Assembly: GCA_030390025.1 (NCBI GenBank)
Contig: CM059432.1
Span: 6,944,001-7,008,000 of the forward strand
Length of the DNA stretch: 64,000 bases
Reading direction: 5' to 3'
DNA from: Squalus acanthias
Taxonomy: Eukaryota
Part shown: piece by piece, positions 48,996-59,390 of the stretch
Numbering within the stretch: the stretch's first letter is position 1
How the letters are laid out: each line of letters begins with the position of its first letter
Position numbers and translations under genes: made by a program
The notes under the pieces: generated by a model
The model's database searches: none
What the model was told of the DNA's origin: nothing
Seen by the model: only the letters and a program-made list of their open reading frames with translations

Positions 48996-51980
48996 TCAGT
49001 ACCCTGTACCTGCCTTCTCCCCATATCCCTTGATACCTTTAGCTTTAAGAAATATATCTAACTCATTCTTGAATCTATTTAATGACTTGGCCTCAACTAC
49101 CTTCTGTGGTAGAGAATTCCACAGGTTCACCACTCTCTGGGTGAAGAAATTCTTCCTCATTTCTGTCCTAAATGGCTTCCCCCTTATCCTTAGATTATGA
49201 CCCCTGGTTCTGGACTCTCCAACCATTGGGAACATTCTTCCTGCATCTAGTTTGTCCAGACCTGTCAGAATTTTATATGTTTCGATGAGATCCCCTGTCA
49301 TTCTTCCATACTCCAGCGAGTATAAGCCCAATCTCTCCTCATATGTCATTCCTGCCATCCCAGGTATCAGCCTTGTGAATCTTCGCTGAACTCCTTCCAT
49401 GGCAAGAACATCCTTCCTCAGATAAGGTGACCAAAACTGCACACAGTACTCAAGGTGTGGTCTCACCAAGGCCCTGTACAACTGCAGCAGGACATCCCTG
49501 TTCCTATACTCAAACCCTTTCGCTATGAAGGCCAGCATACCATTTGCCTTCTTCACCGCCTGCTGCACCTGCATGCTTACCTTCAGCGACTGGTGCACAA
49601 GGACACCCAGGTCTCGTTGCACTTCCCCTTCTCCCAATCTATTGCCATTCAGATAATAGTCTGCCTTTCTGTTTTTGACACCAAAGTGGATAACCTCGCA
49701 TTTATCCACGTTATATTGCATCTGCCACGCTTCTGCCCACTCACCCAACCTGTCCAAATCATCCTGGAGTTTCTCAGTATCCTCCTCGCAGCACACACGC
49801 CCACCCAGCTTTGTGTCATCTGCAAACTTGGAGATATTAAATTTAGTTCCCTTATCTAGATCATTAATGTATATTGTGAATAGCTGGGGTCCAAGGACCG
49901 ATCCCTGCGGTACCCCACTAGTCACTGCCTGCCACTCGGAAAAAGACCCATTAATTCCTACTCTCTGCTTTCTGTCCGCCAACCAGTTCTCTATCCAAGT
50001 CAATACCTTGCCCCCAATCCCATGTGCCTTAACTTTACACGCTAATCTCTTATGCGGGACCTTATCGAAAGCCTTTTGAAAGTCCAAATACACCACATCT
50101 ACTGGTTCTCCCTTACCTATTTTACCAGTTACATCCTCAAAAAATTCCAGTAGATTAGTCAAGCACGATTTACCTTTTGTAAATCCATGTTGACTTTATC
50201 CGATCCTGTCACTGTTTTTCAAGTGCTCAGCTATTACATCCTTTATAATGGACTCTAGCATTTTCCCCACTACCGATGTCAGGCTTACCGGTCTGTAATT
50301 CCCCGCTTTCTCTCTACCACCCTTTTTGAATAGTGGGGTAACATTAGCTACCCTCCAATCCATGGGTACAGTTCCAGATTCCATCGAATGTTGGAAGATG
50401 ATCAGCAATGCATCTACTATTTCTAGGGCCACTTCCTTAAGAACCCTAGGATGTAGATTATCAGGCCCTCGGGATTTATCGGCCTTCAATACCGTCAATT
50501 TCCCTAACACCATTTCCCTGCAAATACTGATTTCTTTCAGTTCCTCCCTTTCATCAGACCCTATGTTCTCCAACATCTCTGGGAGGTTATTTGTGTCCTC
50601 CTTTGTGAAGACAGAACCAAAATATGCATTTAATTGAGCTGCCATTTCTTTGTTCCCCATTATAACTTCCCCCGCTTCTGACTGCAAGGGACCTACACTT
50701 GATTTCACTAATCTTTTTCTCTTCACATATCTATAAAAGCTCTTACAGTCAGTTTTTATGTTCCCTGCAAGCTTACTTTCATATTCTATTTTCCCCTTCT
50801 TAATTAATCCCTTTGTCCTCCTTTGTTGAATCCTAAACTGCTCCCAATCCTCAGGGTTACTGCTTTTTCTGGCCAATTTATATGCCCTCTCCTTGGATCT
50901 TATGCTATCCCTAATTTCCCTTGTTAGCCACGGTTGAGTCACCCTTTTTGTTTTATTCTTATGCCACACTGGGATGTACAAATTCTGTAGTTCATCCATG
51001 CAGTCTTTGAATGTTTGCCATTGCCTATCCACCGTCAACCCTTTGAGTGACATTCCCCAATCAATCCTACCTAATTCGCGCCTCATACCATCGTAGTTTC
51101 CTTTATTTAAATTCAGGACCCTAGTCTCTGATTCAACTACTTCACTCTCCATCCTAATGAAGAATTCTATCATATTATGATCACTCTGACCCAAGGGGCC
51201 TCGTACAACAAGATTGCTAATTAATCCTTTCTCGTTACATAATAACCAGTCTAAGATGGCCTGATCTCTGGTTGATTCCTCGACATATTGTTCCAGAAAA
51301 CCATCCCGTAAACATTCTCGGAATTCCTCCTCCACAGTATTTTTACTAATTTGGTTAGCCCAATCTATATGTAAATTAAAGTCACCCATGATGACTGCTG
51401 TGCCCTTACTGCATGCTTCTCTAATTTCCCTTTTAATGCCGTCCCCAACCTCCATATTACTGTTTGGAGGTCTATATACCACTCCCACTAACGTTTTCTG
51501 CCCCTTGTTATTTCTCAGTTCTACCCATACAGATTCCGCATCATCAGAGCTAATATCCTTCCTTTCAATTGTGTTTATCCCCTCTTTAACCAGCAATGCT
51601 ACCCCACCTCCCTTTCTTTTTTGCCTATCTTTCCTAAATATTGAATACCCCTGGATGTTGAGTTCCCAGCCTTGGCCACCCTGGAGCCATGTTTCTGTAA
51701 TCCCAATCAAATCATATTCATTTACCTCTATTTGCGCAGCTAATTCATCCACCTTGTTCCGAATGCTCCTTTCATTAAGACACAAAGCCTTCAGGCTTGT
51801 TTTTTTAACGCTCTCAGACCTATATGAATTATTATTTACTGTGACCATGTTTGATTTAAACCATTGAGTTCTTTGCCTTCTACTTTTGTTTTTCTCCTTC
51901 CTGTCTTTTGCTTTTATCCTTGTTTCCCTTTCCTCTGTCTCCCTGCTCAGGTTCCCAACCCTCTGCCACTTTAGTTTAAA
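48996..51980 (-). pseudogene. CR1 ORF2 (APE endonuclease + RT) with one nonsense change at 50196-50198
   Basis: ITETWL, YRPP, GDFN, SDHN, YLDFQKAFD and FADDTK; TAA stands where the paralogue at ~17136 has CAA (DRIG*SQHGF); 9-bp in-frame deletion in YEERLG(RLG)LYS. Confidence 0.93.
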
Positions 51981-52927
51981 CCCTCCCCAACAGCACTAGC
52001 AAACACTCCCCCTAGGACATCGGTCCCGGCCCTGCCCTGCCCAGGTGCAGACCGTCCCGTTTGTACTGGTCCCACCTCCCCCAGAACCGGTTCCAATGTC
52101 CAAGGAATTTGAATCCCTCCCCCTTGCACCATTCCTCTAGCCACGTATTCATTCGAAATATCCTCCTATTTCTACTCTGACTAGCACGTAGCACTGGTCG
52201 CAATCCTGAGATTACTACCTTTTGAGGTCCTATTTTTTAATTTACCTCCTAACTCCCTATATTCTGCTTTTAGGACCTCATCCCGTTTTTTACCTATATC
52301 GTTGATGCCTATGTGCACCACGACAACTGGCTGTTCGCCCTCCCCCTCCAAAATGTTCTGTAGCCGCTCCGAGACATCCTTGACCCTTACACCAGGGAGG
52401 CAACACACCATCCTGGAGTCTCGTTTGCGGTCGCAGAAATGCCTATCTATTCCCCTTACAATTGAGTCCCCTTTCACTATAGCTCTTCCACACTTTTTCT
52501 TCCCAGCCTGTGCAGCAGAGCCACCCATGGTGCCAGGAAGTTGGCTGCTGCTGCCTTCCCCTGATAAGTCACCCCCCCCAACAGTATCCAAAGTGGTATA
52601 TCTGTTTGAGAGGGGGATGGCCACAGGGGACCCTTGCACTACCTGCCTGCACCTCTTACTCCGCCTGGTGGTCACCCATTCACTTCCTGCCTGTACACCC
52701 TTTACCTGCGGTGTGACCAACTCGCTAAACGTGCTATCCACGACGTTCTCAGCGTCGCGAATGCTCCAATATGCATCCATCCGCAGCTCCAGCGCCGCAG
52801 TGCGGTCTATCAGTAGCTGCAGCTGGATACACTTCCCACACACATGGTCGTCAGGGACACAGGAAGCATCCCTGATTTCCCACATATAGCAGGAGGAACA
52901 TATCATGGGGCGGAGCTCTCCTGCCAT
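51971..52927 (-). pseudogene. CR1 ORF1 (CxxC...CxxC zinc finger, coiled coil, SGNH/GDSL esterase), two frameshifts
   Basis: CSSC...CGKC, GDSIVRG, VVHIGINDIG and DGLHL; an extra A near 52220 and a 5-bp duplication near 52035; ends GVFASAVGEGLN*. Confidence 0.9.
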
Positions 52928-54156
52928 GACTTACCCTTTAATTAATTAATTAATTAATTAAAATTAAATTAAATGAATCCCACCAATTTCACTTCAATTA
53001 AATGATATACACAAGGGCCCTTTCCCGACACTGGCCTCTGTAAAAAGCCCACGAAAGTGAGTTTAACTACTCTCTGTGCTGCTGCTCTCTCCGCTCCCGA
53101 CACTGGCCTCTGAAACCAATCCCTGCGGGACTCTGCTAGTGACTGTTTCCCGCAAAACCACTGCCATTAGTAACAACCTCCGCCTACGAGAAAGCAACCA
53201 ATTCCTTAACCAACACAAAATCTGCCTGCTTATCCAGAGTTACGCTTTCTTATTAAGTAGCCTTAATTCGGGTCATTTTTATGCAGTGACACACGTTATT
53301 TTAGGAGGCGCAGCAAGTTTGGATGAGAACATTCATCCACATTTGCCTTATGGGATATTCTAATATACAGGAGTTGAGTCCCACTTTGGTAAAACACAAA
53401 TATTTAACCAGCATTTTGGCTATCAAAGAGAAAGTCCAAGAGTATTTTATTGCTTTGTCCTGACCCAGGGTTTAGACTTGATTGCAAACTAATCATCAAA
53501 ACCGCCAACCAAAAAAAAATTGGTAATGCAGCTTATGTTAATTGAGACGAATCTTTTTTCAGTTATACTTCTCTTTAATCTAGCCAAGATTAACTTGATT
53601 TATAAAACAACATGGGTTGTATAACTGACACATATATCAGTTCTTCTGTTTACCATGTCTTAATGTCGAAACATAATATAGTCTTGTTGGAAAATAAATG
53701 ACATCATCCTTGTAATGGGATGACCTGAGGAAACGAGTGAAACATTCTTCTTCGTTTCTCGAATGTTAAACACATCTTGAAATATTTATGGACTTGTATT
53801 TTATAAACAAAATGCTTTTCGTGTACTTTGCGAATTGGGACCACTGGTGCTATTAAACAGCAAATCCTCGTGGTATAAAATGCACAGAATCGTAGAATAG
53901 AATAGTACAGCACAGAAGGAGGCCATTCGGCCCATCGAGTCTGCGCCCGCTCTTCCAAAGAGCAATAGTATTAGGTATGTAGAGTACGCATTTTAAACCG
54001 CTTTTTCAATAACTTTCTTAACTACCCACATCAAATTCATCTAGATATTAAATATGATTGTCTTTTTGATGTAGCATCGCGCAGGATCCTTTTTTTTAAC
54101 CACTATGACAAATGGTTGACCAGACACACAATGCTCACTGGTTTGTGCCCTCACAG

Positions 54157-54360
54157 GAGAGCTCTGAATTTGGGAATACTGCGAGACCCAGGATCAGAAG
54201 TTGAAGACAGACAATACCAGATTGACCTGCAGTCCATCACCATTGGAACCGCACTGTGGGATCAGCTGAAACCTGAAAAGGAAGTTGGCAAAGGAGGGCT
54301 CTGTTCAGAAAATGAAAGGAATTACCAGAATCCTGCCCTCGAATGGAACATGGCCAGCAG
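54157..54360 (+). CDS. VPS13B: Internal coding exon of VPS13B (vacuolar protein sorting 13B / COH1), 204 nt, phase 2-2
   Basis: Acceptor gtttgtgccctcacag|G with branch-like ctcac at ~54134-54138; donor CAG|gtgagt. Encodes RALNLGILRDPGSEVEDRQYQIDLQSITIGTALWDQLKPEKEVGKGGLCSENERNYQNPALEWNMAS, recognised as human VPS13B RALNLGILRDPGSEIEDRQYQIDLQSINIGTAQWHQLKPEKE...ERNSQNPALEWNMAS. Confidence 0.96.
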
Positions 54361-56191
54361 GTGAGTGAGTCTCGAGCAACGCAAGATATTGGCTACAGCT
54401 GCTGCCTCAAGCAAACCTGGAGGCAAATGCAACTGCTATTAGTGAATGCATTCATTTCAGCAGCCTATTAGTGCAATAAACTCTGTGTGAAATCTTCCCT
54501 TTTAATCCCATTTGCTACTCTATATAATAACAAAATGCAACTACTAACAACAGCAGAGTATAGTTTGTTTCACAAACGAGGAAGATCTCACAACTAGTGA
54601 GTGAAATAAACTGGATATTTCACCGTTCCATTCAGTCTTTCCAACAGATGGAGAAACTAAGATACATAGAATCATAGAATATTACAGCACAGAAGGGGGC
54701 CATTCGGCCCATCGAGTCTGCACCGGCTCTTTCAAAGAGCAATCCAGTTACTCCCACTCCCCCCGCTCTTTCCCCATCTTCCTGCAAATCTTTCTCCTAA
54801 GTATTTAATTTGTTTTAATATACGGTTTAATAAATATTTGAATTGGGATAATTACAAGCAGGAATTTCCTCATTGTACCCTGTGAACAATTTGCCATTAA
54901 GGTGACTATCTGCCATTTTGACGTTCCCCATGGCTGGGAGAAAGTGTTAATTTGGCTGTACATTAAATAAAAAGCGAAAAAAACGATTGTAAGAAATCCG
55001 AACTAAAACCAGAGCATGCTGGACAGACACAACGTAATTCTGTCTATATCTGAAAACATATCGATTTTTACATAGAGATTGTTTCTCGGTACTGATTTTT
55101 TGCGAGGCTATTTCAGCTCCATATTACTACATGTTATCTTGAGTGAGTGGCCATATAATGGATACTGAGATACCTGAAAAGAATGAAAGATTTGGTTGTA
55201 GCTAACCTCACCATCAGTAGCTGTGCAAACAATTATACACTTGCCACTTCAATTCCATACATTAGACAAAAAGTGGTATGCGCATAAAGCCCGTGAATAT
55301 ATCATAAGAACATAAGAAATAGGAGCAGGAGTAAGCCGTTTGGCCCCTCGAGCCTGCTCTGCCATTCAATAAGATCATGGCTGATCTGATCTTGGCCTCG
55401 ACTTCCCCGTAGCTCAATATCTGTCTATCTCCGCCTTGAATATATTCAATGACTCTGCCTCCACAGCTCTCTGAGGTAGAGATTTCCAAAGATTCACGAC
55501 CCTCTGAGAGAAGAAAATCCTCCTCATCTCCGTTTTAAATGGGCGACCTCTTATCCTGAAACTGTGCCCCCTAGTTCTAGATTCCCCACGAGGGGAAACA
55601 TCCTCCCTGCATCTACCCTGTCAAGCCCCCTCAGAATCTTATATATTTCAATAAGATCACCTCTCATTCTTCTAAACAACAACAACAACTTGTATTTATA
55701 TAGCGCCTTTAACGTACTCCAATGAGTATAGGCCCAACCTGCTCAACCTTTCTTCATAAGACAACCCCTTCATCTCGGGAATTAACCTAGTGAACCTTCT
55801 CTGAACTGTCTCCAATGTAAGTATATCCCTCCTTAAATAAGGAGACCAAAACTGCACGCAGTACTCCAGGTGTGGTTTCACCAACACCCTGTACAGTTGT
55901 AGCAAGACTTCCCTACTTTTACACTCCATCCCCCTTGCAATAAAGGCTAACATTCCATTTGCCTTCCTAATTACTTGCTGTACCTGCATGCTAACTTTTT
56001 GTGTTTCATATATGAGGACCCCCAGATCCCTCTGTACCGCAGCATTCTGTAATCTCTCTCCATTTAAATAATAATTTGCTTTTTTATTCTTCCTACCAAA
56101 GTGGATAACCTCACATTTTACGACATTATACTCCATCTGCCAAATTTTTGCCCACTCACTTAACCTATCTATATCCCTTTGCAGACTCTTT

Positions 56192-57632
56192 GGGGGCGAT
56201 TTTCTCACTGGAGGCGAGATGGAGGCAGGTTTCAGCTTGGGTGTGTCAGAAACTCTCCTCCACTGATAGTTTTCAAAAAATTGAGATTTTCCCATGATTG
56301 GCCACTTGATTTCAGAGGTGCGGGATGCCCTTGCTCAATTAGTGTTTTGGGACTGAGACTCGCCTCTGTTGACAGCACTTTTCCAGTCTGATTTTATGGC
56401 TTCTTGCTCCCTTGGCTCATTCCACAGCATTTCTGCGTCTCCTGCACCACCTCCAACATCTTTTGAGATTCGAATATCCAATTCCAAGGCAAGGGCCTAC
56501 CCGAGGCTCTCAGATGAGGCGCTGCAAATGTTGTTTGAGGGGGTGAGAACTAGCATGGAGGTCCTCTTCCACTCATCTCGGAGGAAGAGGCCTGCCAAAG
56601 AAACCAAGGCTGTGTGGGTGCAGCTGGCAAGGGATATAACCTCCAGGTCTGTGTGCAGATAGGGAGACTGTTTCTGTGTATTGATGAAATGCCATCCCTG
56701 TTGGAAAGCATTAACATGATTTGATGCCAAAATGCTGGCGTTATGCCATCTGTTAATTAGCCTTAGGCAGCTCCACATTGCAGGCACCGCCACACTTGCG
56801 TTGTCAGGTTGGTGGCCTGACTGAAAGGAGGCCAGAGAGTCATGTCCATTGTCAATGAAGTCCTGGCATGGAGCCAAGGACATGTGCCAACTTGGCCAAC
56901 CTATACAAATCTGGCCATAATAAGTTAATCCCTTGCATCCCTGGCAGCCATGTGCTCGCGTGCTGCCACTGCCGCTGGTCGAAACACCAGCGCTCTGATC
57001 TCCTCCTGCTCCTCCTCCTCCTCCAGATGATCCTCCTTCTCATCTTCATCCTCATCCTCATCCTCATCTGAGGTCCAAGGTGAAAGGAAATGAATGTTTC
57101 CCATTCTGCTTGCAGATGCCTCCTCTGAGGAAGCGCTCATTGTAAGCGGGGCGAGGTTCTTCCCAGGAGGTCCCACAGTTGATTGAGTCAAGCTGCAGCA
57201 CCTCCGACTTTGGAAGGCCTTCTAAAAGTGCTCAGAGACCTTTTAAAGCCAAGGTCTGGCACCTGCAAGTAAGCCTTGCTGCAGTGAACGAGGTCTTGTT
57301 AGACCTGCAGCAGTGAGGAGGTCACCCACGAGTCAACCCGCCAGGTTTACCTGGCGTGGTTCAGAAGTTGCGTGAAGCACGCCGAAATGATGGTAAATTC
57401 AAGAGGGCCTCTCAAAATAGGATTAGAGAGGCCCTTAACAAGCATTTGCAGGTAGTTAATTAACGCTATTGCCAGCAGGAGGCAGGAGCGTTTCCCGACC
57501 GCCAAAACCGGCACCGGCGAAATCCCACGGAGGCGGGTTGGAGTCGGGTTTCTGACCCGACCTCAGTAATTCGAATTTTCCCGCCTTTCCCGACTCCAAA
57601 CCCGCCTCCTCCAGCGTCATAAAATCGTCCCC
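56192..57632. mobile_element. Non-autonomous PIF/Harbinger element with a Myb/SANT-like remnant (+) and an acidic transposase C-terminus remnant (-), TSD TTT
   Basis: TIRs GGGGGCGATTTT / AAAATCGTCCCC; TTT at 56189-56191 and 57633-57635; peptides RAYPRLSDEALQMLFEGVRTSMEVLF...KAVWVQLARDITSRS and DEDEDE...AARDARD*LIMARF. Confidence 0.88.
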
Positions 57633-57825
57633 TTTGTGTCCTCCTCACAACTTGCTTTCCCACCTATCTTTGTATCATCAGCAAATTTGGCTACAGTACA
57701 CTCGGTCCCTTCATCCAAGTCATTAATATAGATTGTAAATAGTTGAGGCCCCAGCACTGACCCCTGTGGCACCCCACTAGTTACAGTTTGCCAACCTGAA
57801 AATGACCCATTTATCCCGACTCTTT

Positions 57826-58630
57826 GGGCTGGATTTTGCCAATGGGGAGCTTTTGGAGGCGGGACTCCCACTTGTTGGGTTTCAGTCCCGCTTCCATCAA
57901 CTTCTGGCCAACCCAAGCTATTTTCCCTTGATTGACCTTGTTAAGCCCGCCCAGCAGGCTTAGCAGGCCAATTAAGGGAAAGCCGGTTACAGAGAACGTC
58001 AACGTATGACGTTTCATCTGTCAAAAATTTTTGACAGATGGATTGTCATCGTTTGACAGCTCTGTGAAGCTGTCAAACACTGACATTCTCTGTAGTTTGA
58101 TGAATTCTTGAATTCAAGACTCATCAAACCTCTTTCTTTTGCAGAAATTAGATGGTTGTTGCATTGGAGAATGCAACGGCCATCTGTCATCTCTGCCGCG
58201 GAGGTGCGAGACTCTCCGCATACCCACCGATTGAAGCCTGCAGGAAGAAACAAAGGTAAGTACACTTTTTCTAACACTTTCCACTTACCTCACATACTCA
58301 CCTCTCCACACTTGCACCCATCACTCACCTCCACAGCACACTTTTGGACCCCTCCGACCCCTACAGCCCCACTACTCGCCTCAGTGACCCTGGCGGGGTT
58401 CGGAGCCTTCGGGAAGCCCGCACTTTTGAGGGTAAAATGGGGATAATCCTCTTATCTAACAGGCAGATAAGTGGCACTAATCCCCTTCCCGCCTCCAAGG
58501 AGACGGGACCCGGCGCGGGACGCTTACCTGCCTCCTGGGAAGATGGCATGGGGGCGGGTTGGGCACCCGCCCCCAAATTCTGCCATTTTCCCGGCAGTCC
58601 CGCCTCCCCAGGGCTGGCAAAATCCAGCCC
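57826..58630. mobile_element. Harbinger-type MITE (relative of family A), perfect 15-bp TIR, TSD TTT
   Basis: GGGCTGGATTTTGCC / GGCAAAATCCAGCCC; TTT at 57823-57825 and 58631-58633. Confidence 0.92.
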
Positions 58631-59390
58631 TTTGTTTTCTGTTCGTTAGCCAATCCTCTATCCATGCTAATATATTACCCCCAACCCCGTGAGCTCTTAT
58701 CTTGTGTAGTAACCTTTTATGTGGCACCTTATCGAATGCCTTCTGGAAATCCAAATACACTACATCTACTGGTTCCCCTTTATCCACCCTGCTCGTTACA
58801 TTCTCAAAAACCTCTAGTAAATTTGGCAAACACGATTTCAATTTCATAAAACCATGTTGACTCTGCTTGATTGTATTATGATTTTCTAAATGTCCTGCTA
58901 TTACTTCCTTAATAATGGATTCCAGCATTTTCCAATGAAAGATGTTAGGCTAATTGGCCTGTAGTTTCCTGCTTTCTGCCTCCGCCCCCTTTCTTGAATA
59001 GTGGCGTTACATTTGCGGTTTTCCAATCCGCTGGGACCTCTCCAGAATCCAGGGAATTTTGGTAGATTACAACCAACACATCCACTATCTCTGCAGCCAC
59101 TTCTTTTAAGACCCTAGGATGCAGACCATCAGGTCCAGGGGACTTGTCAGCCTTTAGTCCCATTAGTTTGCCTAGTACTTTTTCTCTAGTGATAGTCATT
59201 GTTTTAAGTTCCTGCTTCCCTATAGCCCCTTGATTATCAATTATTATTGGGATGCTTTTAGTGTCTTCTGCCGTGAAGACTGATACAAAATATTTGTTCA
59301 AAGTCTCTGCCATTTCCCTGTTTCCCATTATTAATTCCCCAGTCTCATCCTCTAAGGGACCAACGTTTACTTTAGCTACTCTCTTCCCTT

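Larger units (their letters stand above)
48912..53110 (-). mobile_element. Near full-length CR1 LINE (5' UTR, ORF1, ORF2, tail)
   Basis: ORF1 with zinc finger and SGNH esterase, ORF2 with APE endonuclease and RT, CR1 3' tail; a 16-bp direct repeat ccgacactggcctctg lies in the 5' UTR. Confidence 0.96.
48330..53370 (-). mobile_element. Old CR1-type LINE (48330-48911 and 53111-53370) split by the young near-full-length CR1
   Basis: VTSRVPQGLVS at ~53143-53111 continues as LLFIIFIYHLDEGFGGIVHKFADNTK at ~48911-48835. Confidence 0.75.
1..54156 (+). other. VPS13B: VPS13B intron upstream of the exon (at least 54 kb; the preceding exon is not seen)
   Basis: No sequence encoding the expected preceding peptide (...DNPLGRSVLRKDIYQ) was found by eye. 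It contains the miR-875/599 cluster, as the orthologous human intron does (from memory). Confidence 0.75.

Noticed and set aside
49455..52889. Several long + strand ORFs over the CR1
   Set aside because: Antisense shadows of CR1 ORF1/ORF2; similar shadow ORFs recur over other CR1 copies.
56852..57071. Low-complexity ORFs (MRMRMRMK..., LLLLLL...ILILI)
   Set aside because: Alternative frames of the GAG/GAT-rich acidic tract in the Harbinger remnant.
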